Below, piece by piece: positions 17,603-27,038 of a stretch of DNA of 42,620 bases. Under the pieces are notes generated by a model, which was not told the DNA's origin, ran no database searches, and saw nothing but the letters and a program-made list of their open reading frames with translations. Location: positions 1 to 42,620 of IMG/VR virus record IMGVR_UViG_3300043443_000649; one strand, given 5' to 3'. Numbering within the stretch: the first letter of the stretch is position 1; each line of letters opens with the position of its first letter. The DNA comes from a virus (lineage: Duplodnaviria; Caudoviricetes). The position numbers and the translations under genes were made by a program.

Positions 17603-17977
17603 CTGCACCGGTTAGCTGATAGTAAGGCAAGGCTTGCGCCGCCGATCGACGCTCCGATGGCCTTGCGCCATAATCAGGGATTTGTCGCCAACGTCGGCCG
17701 CAATGACGACTTGGGGACGCCCACTTTGCGTGATGACTCTGAAAGCTCAGCCGTCGTGGTCATGCTACGCGGCCTAAAGATGTATGGTATGGTCAGTGCC
17801 GTTGGCGACCATGATCGAACTTGGGGCTCACACGTTGATGCTGCGGAGACCTTTGTCTCACAATTGCTCACAGCTGAGCTTACATAACGCAAAGTCCGCT
17901 CGATCACCTATCAGATCAAGGCTGCGCGATTGCCGGTCTACAAGGATCTGGCAGTGTTCGACTGTGCTGGCCGTGAG
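17603..17977 (+). pseudogene. istB: IS21-family remnant: IstA C-terminus and IstB N-terminus with an internal stop
   Basis: LHRL...PPIDAP.AL...ANV.R.D.L, then VMLRGLKMYGM...SQLLTAELT*RKVRSITYQIKAARLPVYKDL..FD. Confidence 0.75.
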
Positions 17978-18111
17978 TGCACTTGGCGCGCCAGTTGCAT
18001 CGCTGCGACTTCATCGATGTGCTTACAATGTAGTGCTGATCGGCTGGCCTAATCGCATTTCGTGATCCCTGATAAGTGGAGCATGGCACCACAAATGCTG
18101 GAGATGCATCC

Positions 18112-18633
18112 ATGACGCTACCTACCACAGGGGCCATTTCGCTTGGTGCAGTCGCAGCAGAATTAGGGCGCGCAGCCGGCACGCTGACGTCGCTCGGCGA
18201 GGCTTCGGTCCGCAGCCTTGCGGGCGTTGCGTCCGGGGCGATTTCGCTCAGTAACCTCTACGGCAAGAGCACCGGGACGACCATCACCGTTACCGAGGGG
18301 ATATACGACACTGGCGGGAAGGTTTCGTTCACCTACGCAGGCTATTCGACATCCGGAAGTAGCTGCGGTTACGTGCTCGGAAGCGCGTCGCCTACGATCT
18401 TTAAAGGGGTGGCGATCAAAGGCATCTGGTCCGTCAATGCGGGTTCAACCAACCTGGATTTTGCGGGCGATCAGACCGGGAACTCCTCATTTTTGACGGG
18501 GGTCACCATCAATGGAACGGGCATGGGCACGGTTCCAGCCGGATCTTACAATTCGAGCCTCAACATCACGACGTACACATTCCAGGTCACGGCGTTTGAT
18601 GGGGTGGGCTCCTCAACGGTGGTGCTGAAATGA
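18112..18633 (+). CDS. Putative fibre-tip adhesin (paralogue of the gene at 41826)
   Basis: First 53 aa are 40/53 identical to the gene at 41826; beta-rich Gly/Ser/Thr C-terminus; GGAGA RBS. Confidence 0.72.
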   Translation: MTLPTTGAISLGAVAAELGRAAGTLTSLGEASVRSLAGVASGAISLSNLYGKSTGTTITVTEGIYDTGGKVSFTYAGYSTSGSSCGYVLGSASPTIFKGVAIKGIWSVNAGSTNLDFAGDQTGNSSFLTGVTINGTGMGTVPAGSYNSSLNITTYTFQVTAFDGVGSSTVVLK

Positions 18634-18758
18634 CCTTGCCTGACGACCAAAGTCAAACCGATGAACCGGTAGTGCCTGCCCAGCCAGTGGTGCGCGAAGG
18701 GGAATATGAAGGCACGGCATACCGGATCGAGACCTACCATGCGCCCGAGGAGCTGTGA
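18630..18758 (+). CDS. 42-aa acidic peptide (not in the ORF track)
   Basis: ATGA overlap at the start and TGATG overlap at the end; MTLPDDQSQTDEPVVPAQPVVREGEYEGTAYRIETYHAPEEL. Confidence 0.6.
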   Translation: MTLPDDQSQTDEPVVPAQPVVREGEYEGTAYRIETYHAPEEL

Positions 18759-19294
18759 TGCTGAACAAATCACTGCGCTACAGCGCGCTCTCGGTCGATC
18801 TGGTTGAGCTCGCGCCCGGGGAAGCCTTCACCTTTCAGCAGCAACCGGCGAGCGCAAGCTATGGGATCTTTGCCCTTGGCGGGACCCGCAGCAGCGATGA
18901 TGCAACTGAGGTCACGGATGTGGACGCCTATGCGGTCACGACCCTGACGGCTGGTGCAGTGCCGGGAAGGGCTTTCAATTACGTGGGCCATTGGCTGCCC
19001 AACGGCACCGACCACGGCTGGTCGAATGATGGCGTGGGCCATGAGCAGATGACCATCACCGCTGGCGAGCAGGGCGCTAAATGGGTTTGCCTCTCGCGCA
19101 ACGACAGCGGGGATCGTGAAATCCAGCACCTGCGCGTGGACGGGCAAGCAATGCTTCCCGCCGGCTGGGGGTTTGTGGTCGCTCGCGGCACCTTTGAGTG
19201 CGACGGGAAGGCCGCTGATCAGCTGGCTTATTTTCGGCCGCGGGCCTCGGACCTGCCCATTACCGGTACCGGCGATCTGCTGCTGGTGCGATAA
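18758..19294 (+). CDS. Hypothetical beta-rich protein (possibly cupin-like)
   Basis: GAGGAG RBS; coupled to the peptide gene. Confidence 0.7.
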   Translation: MLNKSLRYSALSVDLVELAPGEAFTFQQQPASASYGIFALGGTRSSDDATEVTDVDAYAVTTLTAGAVPGRAFNYVGHWLPNGTDHGWSNDGVGHEQMTITAGEQGAKWVCLSRNDSGDREIQHLRVDGQAMLPAGWGFVVARGTFECDGKAADQLAYFRPRASDLPITGTGDLLLVR

Positions 19295-19316
19295 ATCAAT
19301 TTTCCCAAGGACAGCT

Positions 19317-20570
19317 ATGGATCAGGACTGGCCGGCCCAGAGCAGCGAGCTCTGGCCGATAGAGAAGATCACGCCTTATGCGCGCAACTCCCGCACGCAC
19401 TCTGACGAACAGGTGGCACAGATCGCGGCCTCGATCCGCGAATGGGGTTGGACCAATCCGATCCTCGTCGATGAAGATGGCGGCCTGATCGCCGGCCATG
19501 GCCGTCTGCTCGCCGCCCGCAAGCTGGGGCTTAGCCAGATCCCGACCATGGTGGCCAAGGGCTGGAGCGAAGCCCAGAAAAAGGCCTACGTCATCGCGGA
19601 TAACAAGCTGGCGCTGAACGCCGGCTGGGACCTTGAACTGCTCGCGGTCGAACTTGGCAATCTGCAGGGCTTCAACTTCGATCTGCAACTGACCGGGTTC
19701 TCCGAGGATGAGCTTGGCAAGCTGCTCGCCGAAAAGACCGAGGGCAACACCGACCCCGACGAGATTCCTGAGGTGCCTGCTGATCCTGTCACCAAGCCAG
19801 GGGACCTCTGGCTCATGGGCAAACACCGCCTGCTGTGCGGCGACAGCACCAGCGTCGGTGACATGGAAAAGCTGACCGGCGGGCAACTAGTCGACATGTG
19901 GCTGACCGATCCGCCCTACAATGTCGCCTACGAGGGCGGCACGAAGGACAAGCTGACGATCCAGAACGACAACATGGACGACGAGCAGTTCCGTGCATTC
20001 CTGCGCGATGCCTATGTTACCGCCGACACGGTTATGAAGCCCGGCGCAGTATTCTACATCTGGCACGCCGACAGCGAGGGGTACAATTTCCGGGGCGCGG
20101 CGCGTGATGCAGGATGGAAAGTGCGCCAGTGCCTGATCTGGAAGAAGTCATCTCAGGTGATGGGCCGCCAGGATTTTCATTGGAAACATGAGCCCTGCCT
20201 CTATGGTTGGAAAGATGGCGCTGCGCACCTGTGGGCCAATGACCGCAAGCAGACGACCGTCATGGAATTCGACAAACCGTCGCGCAACGGCGAGCACCCG
20301 ACCATGAAGCCAGTCACGATCTTTGAGTACCAGCTGCTCAACAATACCAAAGGCGGGGACATCGTTCTCGACAGCTTTGCTGGCTCCGGCACCACTGCGA
20401 TCGCGGCCGAGAAAAATGGCCGCGTCGCCCATCTCATGGAACTCGATCCGCGCTATTGCGACGTGATCGTGAAGCGTTGGCAGGATTTCACCGGCCAGGC
20501 GGCCACGCTCGAAGGAGACGGCCGGACCTTTGATGAAATCTCAGGCGTAGAAATAGCCGAAGCAGCCTGA
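19317..20570 (+). CDS. DNA methyltransferase (ParB-like N-terminus + N6/N4 MTase)
   Basis: PYARNSRTHS..AGHGRL, HRLLCGDS, TDPPY, HPTMKP and DSFAGSGTT motifs. Confidence 0.92.
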   Translation: MDQDWPAQSSELWPIEKITPYARNSRTHSDEQVAQIAASIREWGWTNPILVDEDGGLIAGHGRLLAARKLGLSQIPTMVAKGWSEAQKKAYVIADNKLALNAGWDLELLAVELGNLQGFNFDLQLTGFSEDELGKLLAEKTEGNTDPDEIPEVPADPVTKPGDLWLMGKHRLLCGDSTSVGDMEKLTGGQLVDMWLTDPPYNVAYEGGTKDKLTIQNDNMDDEQFRAFLRDAYVTADTVMKPGAVFYIWHADSEGYNFRGAARDAGWKVRQCLIWKKSSQVMGRQDFHWKHEPCLYGWKDGAAHLWANDRKQTTVMEFDKPSRNGEHPTMKPVTIFEYQLLNNTKGGDIVLDSFAGSGTTAIAAEKNGRVAHLMELDPRYCDVIVKRWQDFTGQAATLEGDGRTFDEISGVEIAEAA

Positions 20571-20575
20571 TCCTT

Positions 20576-20878
20576 TCAGGCTGTAGCCAGAACCTTGTCG
20601 ACGACAATGTCGTCGGCATGGGCCCGGGCCTGTGCCAGGTCATACGCCGTCTGCATCCGCATCAAGGTGTCTGCCTTGACGCCGAAGGCCTTCTCGAACC
20701 GTATCGCCATTTCCGCAGAAAGGGCGGTGTGGCCATTGAACAGGTTGCTCAGCGTCTGCCGGGTCACATGGAAACAGGCCGCGAGACGATTGATGCTCAC
20801 GCCGTGGGGATCGACGACCTCGCTCTTCAGCCAGTCACCGGGATGAACCGCCAGCGAGGGATGCATGGTCATAGCCAT
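20576..20878 (-). CDS. higA: HigA antitoxin
   Basis: HPGDWL, HTH, LSAEMAIRFEKAFG and LMRMQTAYDL motifs. Confidence 0.9.
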   Translation of the reverse strand: MAMTMHPSLAVHPGDWLKSEVVDPHGVSINRLAACFHVTRQTLSNLFNGHTALSAEMAIRFEKAFGVKADTLMRMQTAYDLAQARAHADDIVVDKVLATA

Positions 20879-21162
20879 CAGTGATAGTCCTCCAGGTTCA
20901 GTTCGGCGATTGCCCCTTCATCGAGCTTGATGAAAGTCAGGCGCCAGTTTTTCGTCACTGTCATTGCCCAGCGCCCAGCTTTGTCGCCGACCAGTTCGTG
21001 CAGCCCATAATTAGGCGGCACAGCCAGTTCGTCGAAGCTGCTCGCCGCATCAATGAATGCCAGCATTTTCCGGATACGGGTGACATCTCCCACCAGGCCT
21101 CTGGCGCTTCCGGTCTCAAAGAACCGCCGCAGACCTTTGTGGGTTATGCTTTCGATATCCAT
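20878..21162 (-). CDS. higB: HigB (RelE/ParE family) toxin
   Basis: HKGLRRFFETG, LHELVGD, VTKNWRLTF and LEDYH motifs; upstream of higA. Confidence 0.9.
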   Translation of the reverse strand: MDIESITHKGLRRFFETGSARGLVGDVTRIRKMLAFIDAASSFDELAVPPNYGLHELVGDKAGRWAMTVTKNWRLTFIKLDEGAIAELNLEDYH

Positions 21163-21171
21163 GGGACCGTA

Positions 21172-21208
21172 TGTCAAACATCGCTTTACATGTCAAAGAG
21201 TCTTTGAC
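21172..21208 (-). promoter_or_regulatory. higBA promoter/operator
   Basis: Perfect palindrome GTCAAAGA-G-TCTTTGAC (21192-21208) overlapping a minus-strand TTGACA; second TGTCAA..TTTACA at 21172-21190. Confidence 0.7.
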
Positions 21209-21243
21209 GTCTTTATGAAGGGCGAGGCGCGAGGAGCCGAGCC

Positions 21244-21726
21244 ATGATTACCGGCAGAAAGCCGAAGCCTACGCAGCTCAAGCTTGTCACCTCCAATCCG
21301 GGCAAGCGTAAGGTTAATGGCAAGGAGGCCAAGACCAAGGCCGCGATCCCGGCACCGCCAGCCCACCTTACCGTCGATGCGGTCGAGGAATGGGAGCGGG
21401 TCGCAACTGAGCTCTTCAACCTCGGGATCCTTTCCAAGATCGACCGAGCGGCGCTAGCCGCCTACGCCATGGCCTATGGCCGCTGGGTTCAGGCCGAACG
21501 GGCGATCGCCAAGATGGCCGAGAAGGACCAGCTGACCGGCGGCCTCATGATCAAGACATCGAATGGCAACGCGATCCAGAACCCGCTGGTGGGCACCGCC
21601 AACAAGGCGGCGGCCGACATGATGCGTTACGCCGCAGAATTCGGGATGACGCCCAGTGCCAGGAGCAGGATCTCGGCCGAGCCGCCGGAAGAAAGCGGCG
21701 ACCCCGCCGACCGGTTCTTCGCCTGA
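21244..21726 (+). CDS. Terminase small subunit (P27 family)
   Basis: GRKPKPTQLK..NPGKR, QNP and EFGMTPSARSRI motifs. Confidence 0.92.
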   Translation: MITGRKPKPTQLKLVTSNPGKRKVNGKEAKTKAAIPAPPAHLTVDAVEEWERVATELFNLGILSKIDRAALAAYAMAYGRWVQAERAIAKMAEKDQLTGGLMIKTSNGNAIQNPLVGTANKAAADMMRYAAEFGMTPSARSRISAEPPEESGDPADRFFA

Positions 21727-23479
21727 CCGCACGCTGGCTTATGCCAAGGCCGTGGTCTCGGGCGCAATTGTTGCAGGGCCACATGTTCGCAACTCCTGCC
21801 ATCGGCACATCGCGGACCTGAAACGTACGGACGGCATCTGGTTCGACTTTGAGGCCGCCAATCACGCCTTCGCCTTTTTCGAGGAGGTGCTGAAGCTTTC
21901 GGAAGGCCAGTTCGAAGGGCAGCCCTTCGAGCTCCAGCCGAGCCAGGCCTTCATCATTGGCTCGCTGTTCGGCTGGAAACGCAAGGACGGTCGGCGCCGG
22001 TTCCGCCGCGCTTACATCGAGCAGGGCAAGGGCAACGGGAAGTCCCCAGTTGCTGGCGGCATCGGCATTTACGGCATGACCGCCTGCAAGGAGGCTGGCG
22101 CCCAGATCTATGCGGCTGCGGCCAAGAAGGAACAGGCCAACATCCTGTTCCGCGACGCAGTGCGGATGGTCCGGCAATCGCCGGCCTTGGACAAGCGGCT
22201 CAACTTCTCCGGCGGTCCGGGGCGCGAGTTCAACATCGCGCACTTGGCGAGTGGCAGCTTCTTCCGTCCGGTCTCGCGGGACACCGGCAAGACCGGCTCG
22301 GGCCCGCGGCCTTACTTCGTACTGGCGGACGAGGTTCACGAGCTACCGGACCGCTCGATCATCGAGATGCTGGAGCGCGGCTTCAAGTTCCGCCGCGATC
22401 CGCTGCTGTTCATGATCACCAATTCGGGTTCGGACCGCAATTCCGTCGCATGGGAGGAACACGAACACGCGGTCCGGGTGGCGGCCGGTAATCCCGATGC
22501 GGTGACGGACCCGACATTTCTGGGTCAGGTCATCGACGACACAACATTCAGTTACGTCTGCGCGCTTGATGAGGGCGATGATCCGCTGAACGACCCCAGT
22601 TGCTGGATCAAGGCGAACCCGCTGCTGGGGGTGACGATCACGGAGCAGTACCTCTCGGAAGTCGTGGCCCAGGCAAAAGCCATCCCGGGGCAATTGAACG
22701 GGATCCTGCGGCTTCATTTTTGTGTCTGGACCGACGCTGAGACCACCTGGATGGCTCGGGCGACGCTCGAGCCGCTGCTGGCGGAGTTCGAACCCAAGGC
22801 AGGTCAGTCCGTCTGGCTTGGGCTCGACCTTAGTCAGAACCGGGATTTGACTGCACTGGCGGCGGTTCAGTGCAGCGGCGAGAAGGATGGCAAACCCTGC
22901 TTTGATGCCTGGGTCGAAGTCTGGACGCCCGGCGACACGCTCGCTGCCCGCAGCTTGCGGGATAAACAGCCATACGACCTTTGGGTTGCCGACGGTTTCC
23001 TGAACGCGCCAGCCGGCGAGAACATAAGCTTTCGCCATGTGGCGCAGGCTCTGGCTGAGATGGCTTCGGACTATCGGGTCGAGGCGGTGGCCTACGATCG
23101 CTACGCCTTTCGCCGGTTCGAGGAGGAAGTTGCCGAGCTTGGCCTAGACCTGACCTTTGTCGAACACCCGCAGGGCGGAACGAAGCGCGCCAAGCCTGCT
23201 GGCGAGATGAGCGAAGGTCTCTGGATGCCGGGTTCGCTCCGGCATCTGGAAGAACTGATCCTAGAGGGCCGGATCCGCCTGAAGCGTAATCCGGTTCTCA
23301 TTTCCGCAATGATGTCGGCAGTCACCGAGACCGACCGCTGGGACAACAAATGGCTCTCCAAGCAGCGGGCCATCAACAAAATCGACGCAGCCGTCGCGCT
23401 GTGCATGGCAGTGGGGGCGGCAATGGCGGGCGACACCAGCGGCTCCATTGACGACTGGCTGAAGAGCCTGACGGCATGA
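21656..23479 (+). CDS. Terminase large subunit (start uncertain)
   Basis: GKGNGKS Walker A, LADEVHE, WIKANP, GLDLS and KIDAAVA motifs. Confidence 0.93.
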   Translation: MPGAGSRPSRRKKAATPPTGSSPDRTLAYAKAVVSGAIVAGPHVRNSCHRHIADLKRTDGIWFDFEAANHAFAFFEEVLKLSEGQFEGQPFELQPSQAFIIGSLFGWKRKDGRRRFRRAYIEQGKGNGKSPVAGGIGIYGMTACKEAGAQIYAAAAKKEQANILFRDAVRMVRQSPALDKRLNFSGGPGREFNIAHLASGSFFRPVSRDTGKTGSGPRPYFVLADEVHELPDRSIIEMLERGFKFRRDPLLFMITNSGSDRNSVAWEEHEHAVRVAAGNPDAVTDPTFLGQVIDDTTFSYVCALDEGDDPLNDPSCWIKANPLLGVTITEQYLSEVVAQAKAIPGQLNGILRLHFCVWTDAETTWMARATLEPLLAEFEPKAGQSVWLGLDLSQNRDLTALAAVQCSGEKDGKPCFDAWVEVWTPGDTLAARSLRDKQPYDLWVADGFLNAPAGENISFRHVAQALAEMASDYRVEAVAYDRYAFRRFEEEVAELGLDLTFVEHPQGGTKRAKPAGEMSEGLWMPGSLRHLEELILEGRIRLKRNPVLISAMMSAVTETDRWDNKWLSKQRAINKIDAAVALCMAVGAAMAGDTSGSIDDWLKSLTA

Positions 23480-24726
23480 ACATTTTCCAGAAGGCGTTCG
23501 GCTACATCGCGCGCTCTATCGGCCTCACCGATCCACGGCTGGTGCAGGCGGTGGGTGGTCGCACGACGACAACCGGCGAGGTGGTCTCGACGACCTCAGT
23601 TCTGGGGCTCGCCTCGGCCTGGGCTTGCGTCAACCTACTTGCCGGCACGATCGCGTCGCTGCCGCTCATGGTTTACCGCACCCGGGGTGGTGCACGGACG
23701 GTCGCAACCGATCATCCGCTCTACCGGATCCTGCACGACAGCCCGAATGCCGACCAGACCGCGGTCGACTTCTGGGAATTCATCTGCGCCTGCATTGAGC
23801 TGAACGGCAATGCGTACGCCGAGATCATCCGGGGCAGCAACGGCCGCGTGGTGGCGCTGAGCGTCCCGATCGCGCCGGAACTCATGACAGTGCGCCGCCT
23901 GCGTGACGGTAGCCTTGAATACGAGTGGTCGGATGGCGGCGTCCGGCAGATAGCCTCCCAGGACAATATGCTCCACATCCGGGGCTTTGGCGGCAATCCG
24001 CTCGGAGGGCTCTCTACCCTGTCGTTCGGCCGCCAGACCTTCGGGCTGGCCCAGGCTATAGAACGGGCCTCGGGCGACACGTTTCGCAACGGGGTGCGCC
24101 CCTCTGGGCTCCTCAAGACTGCCGACACGCTGACCCTCGACCAACGCAAAATGGCCGAGGAACTGTTGCAGGAGAAGTTTGCCGGTGCGATCAATGCCGG
24201 GCGGCCCATGCTGCTCGATCGCGGGATGGACTGGGTCCAGCTCTCGATCAGCCCGGAAGATGCCCAGATGCTGCAGAGCCGGGCCTTCTCGGTTGAGGAA
24301 GTCTGCCGTTTCTTCGGCGTGCCGCCGTTCATGGTCGGGCACACCGAGAAGACCACCAGCTGGGGCACGGGCCTCGAACAGCAGACGCTGGGGTTTCAGA
24401 AGTTCACGCTGCGCCGCCGTCTCAAGCGCATCGAGCAGGCGCTCGCTAAACAGCTCCTGTCGCCGGCCGACCGACAGGCCGGCCTTGTCATAGAATTTAA
24501 CCTCGAAGGCCTGCTGCGCGGCGACAGCGGCGCGCGTGCCTCCTTCTACCAGCAGATGCTTTCGAACGGCGTGATGACCATCAACGAGGTCCGCGCCCTA
24601 GAAAACCTGCCGCCGGTCGAAGGCGGCGATGTCCCCCGCATGCAGATGCAGAACGTACCCATTACGCAGGCTGGAACTGGCCCCCCAGCAGCGCTGCCGC
24701 CTGCCGATCCCGGAGTTGCCCCATGA
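23476..24726 (+). CDS. HK97-family portal protein
   Basis: ACVNLLAGTIASLPL, GNAY, CRFFGVPP and MTINEVRALENLPP motifs. Confidence 0.95.
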   Translation: MNIFQKAFGYIARSIGLTDPRLVQAVGGRTTTTGEVVSTTSVLGLASAWACVNLLAGTIASLPLMVYRTRGGARTVATDHPLYRILHDSPNADQTAVDFWEFICACIELNGNAYAEIIRGSNGRVVALSVPIAPELMTVRRLRDGSLEYEWSDGGVRQIASQDNMLHIRGFGGNPLGGLSTLSFGRQTFGLAQAIERASGDTFRNGVRPSGLLKTADTLTLDQRKMAEELLQEKFAGAINAGRPMLLDRGMDWVQLSISPEDAQMLQSRAFSVEEVCRFFGVPPFMVGHTEKTTSWGTGLEQQTLGFQKFTLRRRLKRIEQALAKQLLSPADRQAGLVIEFNLEGLLRGDSGARASFYQQMLSNGVMTINEVRALENLPPVEGGDVPRMQMQNVPITQAGTGPPAALPPADPGVAP

Positions 24727-25349
24727 ACCATCTCGATTTCGTCCTAGATACCAAGGCCGTCACTGAAGACGGTCAGATCGAGGGGCTCGCGGCTGGATAC
24801 GGCAATGTTGATGCGGGCGGCGATGTCATTGTGCCCGGCGCGCTCGCCCGGTCATTGAAGGGCCGCAAGTCGGTGCCGATGCTGATGTACCACGACCAGA
24901 CCCGCCCGGCCGGGGTCTGGACCGACTTTGCCGAAAGCCGCGACGGCCTGGTCGTGAAAGGCCAGATATCGCTCTCCTCGCGCGCTGGCCAGGAGGCCCA
25001 CGCGCTGGTGCGTGACGGAGCGATCGGCGGCCTCTCGATTGGCTATCGCACGATCCGCGAGCAGCTGGTGGGCAAGACCCGTCAGCTCCTCGAACTTGCC
25101 CTTTACGAGGTGAGCCTTGTCACCATCCCGATGAACGAGCGCGCGGTGATCACCAGCGTCAAATCGATCGTTGAGGACGGCCGGCTCCCGAAATTGCCCG
25201 AATTTGAGAATTTCCTGCGTGAGGCAGGGTTCTCGAAAAGCCAGGCCACCGCAATCGCGGGCAAAGGCCTGGCGCCGCTGTTCCGGAGTGAGTCTGGCAG
25301 CACCCCTTCCGACTTCCTGTCGGCTTTGCAGGCGCAGCTTCGCGCCTGA
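24723..25349 (+). CDS. HK97-family prohead protease
   Basis: GDVIVPGA, MLMYH, GLSIGY and EVSLVTIPMN motifs. Confidence 0.93.
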   Translation: MNHLDFVLDTKAVTEDGQIEGLAAGYGNVDAGGDVIVPGALARSLKGRKSVPMLMYHDQTRPAGVWTDFAESRDGLVVKGQISLSSRAGQEAHALVRDGAIGGLSIGYRTIREQLVGKTRQLLELALYEVSLVTIPMNERAVITSVKSIVEDGRLPKLPEFENFLREAGFSKSQATAIAGKGLAPLFRSESGSTPSDFLSALQAQLRA

Positions 25350-25375
25350 ACCCACTCCCACACAGGACAAATACC

Positions 25376-26707
25376 ATGAGCGATCAGAAGACCGCCGAGC
25401 AGCTTGCCGGCGAAGTGAAAGGCGTGCTCGACGCGCGCCTTGGTGAAGTCAAATCGACCCTTGATGCCAAGCAGGCTGAACTGCGCGGTATTCTCGATGC
25501 CCGCCACGACGAGATCAAATCCGATCTCGAGGGCAAGCACGACAAGGTGAAGGCTCTTGCCGAAGAAGCGCTGGGCAAAGCGCAGCGCGGCGAAGACCTG
25601 TCCAACGCCACCAAGCAGTTGGCCGACGAAGCGCTGACTGCGCTGAATGAAGCCAAGGCCCGGCTCGATGAAGTCGAGCAGAAGCTTGCCCGCCGCGTGG
25701 CTGATGAGGCATCGCCGGAGTTCAAGACCATCGGCGAGCAGGTCGTGGCTGACGAAGCCATCAAGGCCTTCCTCGGCAACAACACGGTTCGCGGCCGCGC
25801 CAGCGTCGAGGTGAAGGCGATCATTTCTGCGCTCACCACCGATGCCAATGGTTCGGCCGGTGACCTCATTGTTGCCGACCGCGCCCCTGGCATCATCATG
25901 CCCGGCCAGCGCCGTCTGACGGTGCGCGACCTCCTGACCCCGGGGCGGACGGCCAGCAATTCGGTCCAGTACGTCAAGGAAACGGGCTACGCCAATTCGG
26001 CCGCGACCGTTTCGGAAACCACGGGCCCGGCCAAGCCCCAGTCCGACATCAAGTTCGATGTCCTGACCAGCAACGTCACCACCATTGCCCACTGGGTTCT
26101 GGCGACCCGTCAGATCCTCGACGATGTACCGATGCTTCAGTCCTACATCGACGGGCGCCTGCGCTACGGCCTGGCGCTGGTCGAAGAAAACCAGCTTCTG
26201 AACGGCAGTGGCACCGGCACGGATCTCGCCGGCATTTACACGCAGGCAACCGCGTTCACCCCGCCGATCACCATCCCGGCGACGGTGACGCGGATCGATG
26301 TGCTGCGCCTTGCCATGCTCCAGACCGCGCTCTCGGAACTGATGTCGACCGGGGTGGTGCTGCATCCGGCTGACTGGGCTGCGATCGAGCTCCTGAAGGA
26401 TGACCAGGGGCGGTTCATCGTTGGAAACCCGCAAGGGACGATCACCCCGACCCTCTGGGGCCAGCCGGTGGTCTCCACCCAGTCGATGGCAACGGGCAAG
26501 TTCCTGACCGGCGCTTTCCAGCTCGGCGCGCAGATCTTCGACCGGATGGACGCGGTAGTCGAGATCTCGACCGAGGATGACCAGAACTTCCGCAAGAACC
26601 TGGTCACGGTGCTCGCCGAAGAGCGTCTCGCACTCGCGGTCTACCGTCCTGAGGCCTTCGTGAAGGGTGACTTCACGGCGGCCGCAACCGCCGCAACCAA
26701 GGTCTGA
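25376..26707 (+). CDS. HK97-type major capsid protein with delta domain
   Basis: Coiled-coil N-terminus; TIAHW, EENQLLNGSG and AEERLALAVYRPEAFV motifs. Confidence 0.95.
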   Translation: MSDQKTAEQLAGEVKGVLDARLGEVKSTLDAKQAELRGILDARHDEIKSDLEGKHDKVKALAEEALGKAQRGEDLSNATKQLADEALTALNEAKARLDEVEQKLARRVADEASPEFKTIGEQVVADEAIKAFLGNNTVRGRASVEVKAIISALTTDANGSAGDLIVADRAPGIIMPGQRRLTVRDLLTPGRTASNSVQYVKETGYANSAATVSETTGPAKPQSDIKFDVLTSNVTTIAHWVLATRQILDDVPMLQSYIDGRLRYGLALVEENQLLNGSGTGTDLAGIYTQATAFTPPITIPATVTRIDVLRLAMLQTALSELMSTGVVLHPADWAAIELLKDDQGRFIVGNPQGTITPTLWGQPVVSTQSMATGKFLTGAFQLGAQIFDRMDAVVEISTEDDQNFRKNLVTVLAEERLALAVYRPEAFVKGDFTAAATAATKV

Positions 26708-26765
26708 TGAACGGTGGAGGGCTGGCCTCAGGGTCAGCCCTTCCAACTTGCCAAGGAGATAGCCC

Positions 26766-27038
26766 ATGCAGTTGCAGGCACTCGATACCATTCACGTGAG
26801 CGCGGTGGGCTCTGACAACATCACCACCGGCGAGATCTTCGAGATCGATGATCTTGCAGGCAAAAGCCTGATCGAACGCGGTCTTGCCATCGAAGTCGAT
26901 GGCGCCCCGACCACCAAGGCTGGCTCGGCTCTGGCGCCAGAGGCGGCATCTGAGCCTGATACACCCGAAACCGCTGAACCTGCCCAGCAGCCGATTGCCA
27001 ACAAAGCTGGCGCTAATACGCGCAACAAGGCCGGCTAA
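26766..27038 (+). CDS. Small capsid-adjacent hypothetical protein
   Basis: AAGGAG RBS; GEIFE...LIERGLA motif. Confidence 0.7.
   Translation: MQLQALDTIHVSAVGSDNITTGEIFEIDDLAGKSLIERGLAIEVDGAPTTKAGSALAPEAASEPDTPETAEPAQQPIANKAGANTRNKAG

Noticed and set aside
17549-17887. 112-aa ORF as a novel protein
   Set aside because: Explained as an IS21 istA/istB remnant
19317-20570. Methyltransferase as part of a restriction-modification system
   Set aside because: No adjacent endonuclease; ParB-MTase fusions near terS are common orphan phage genes
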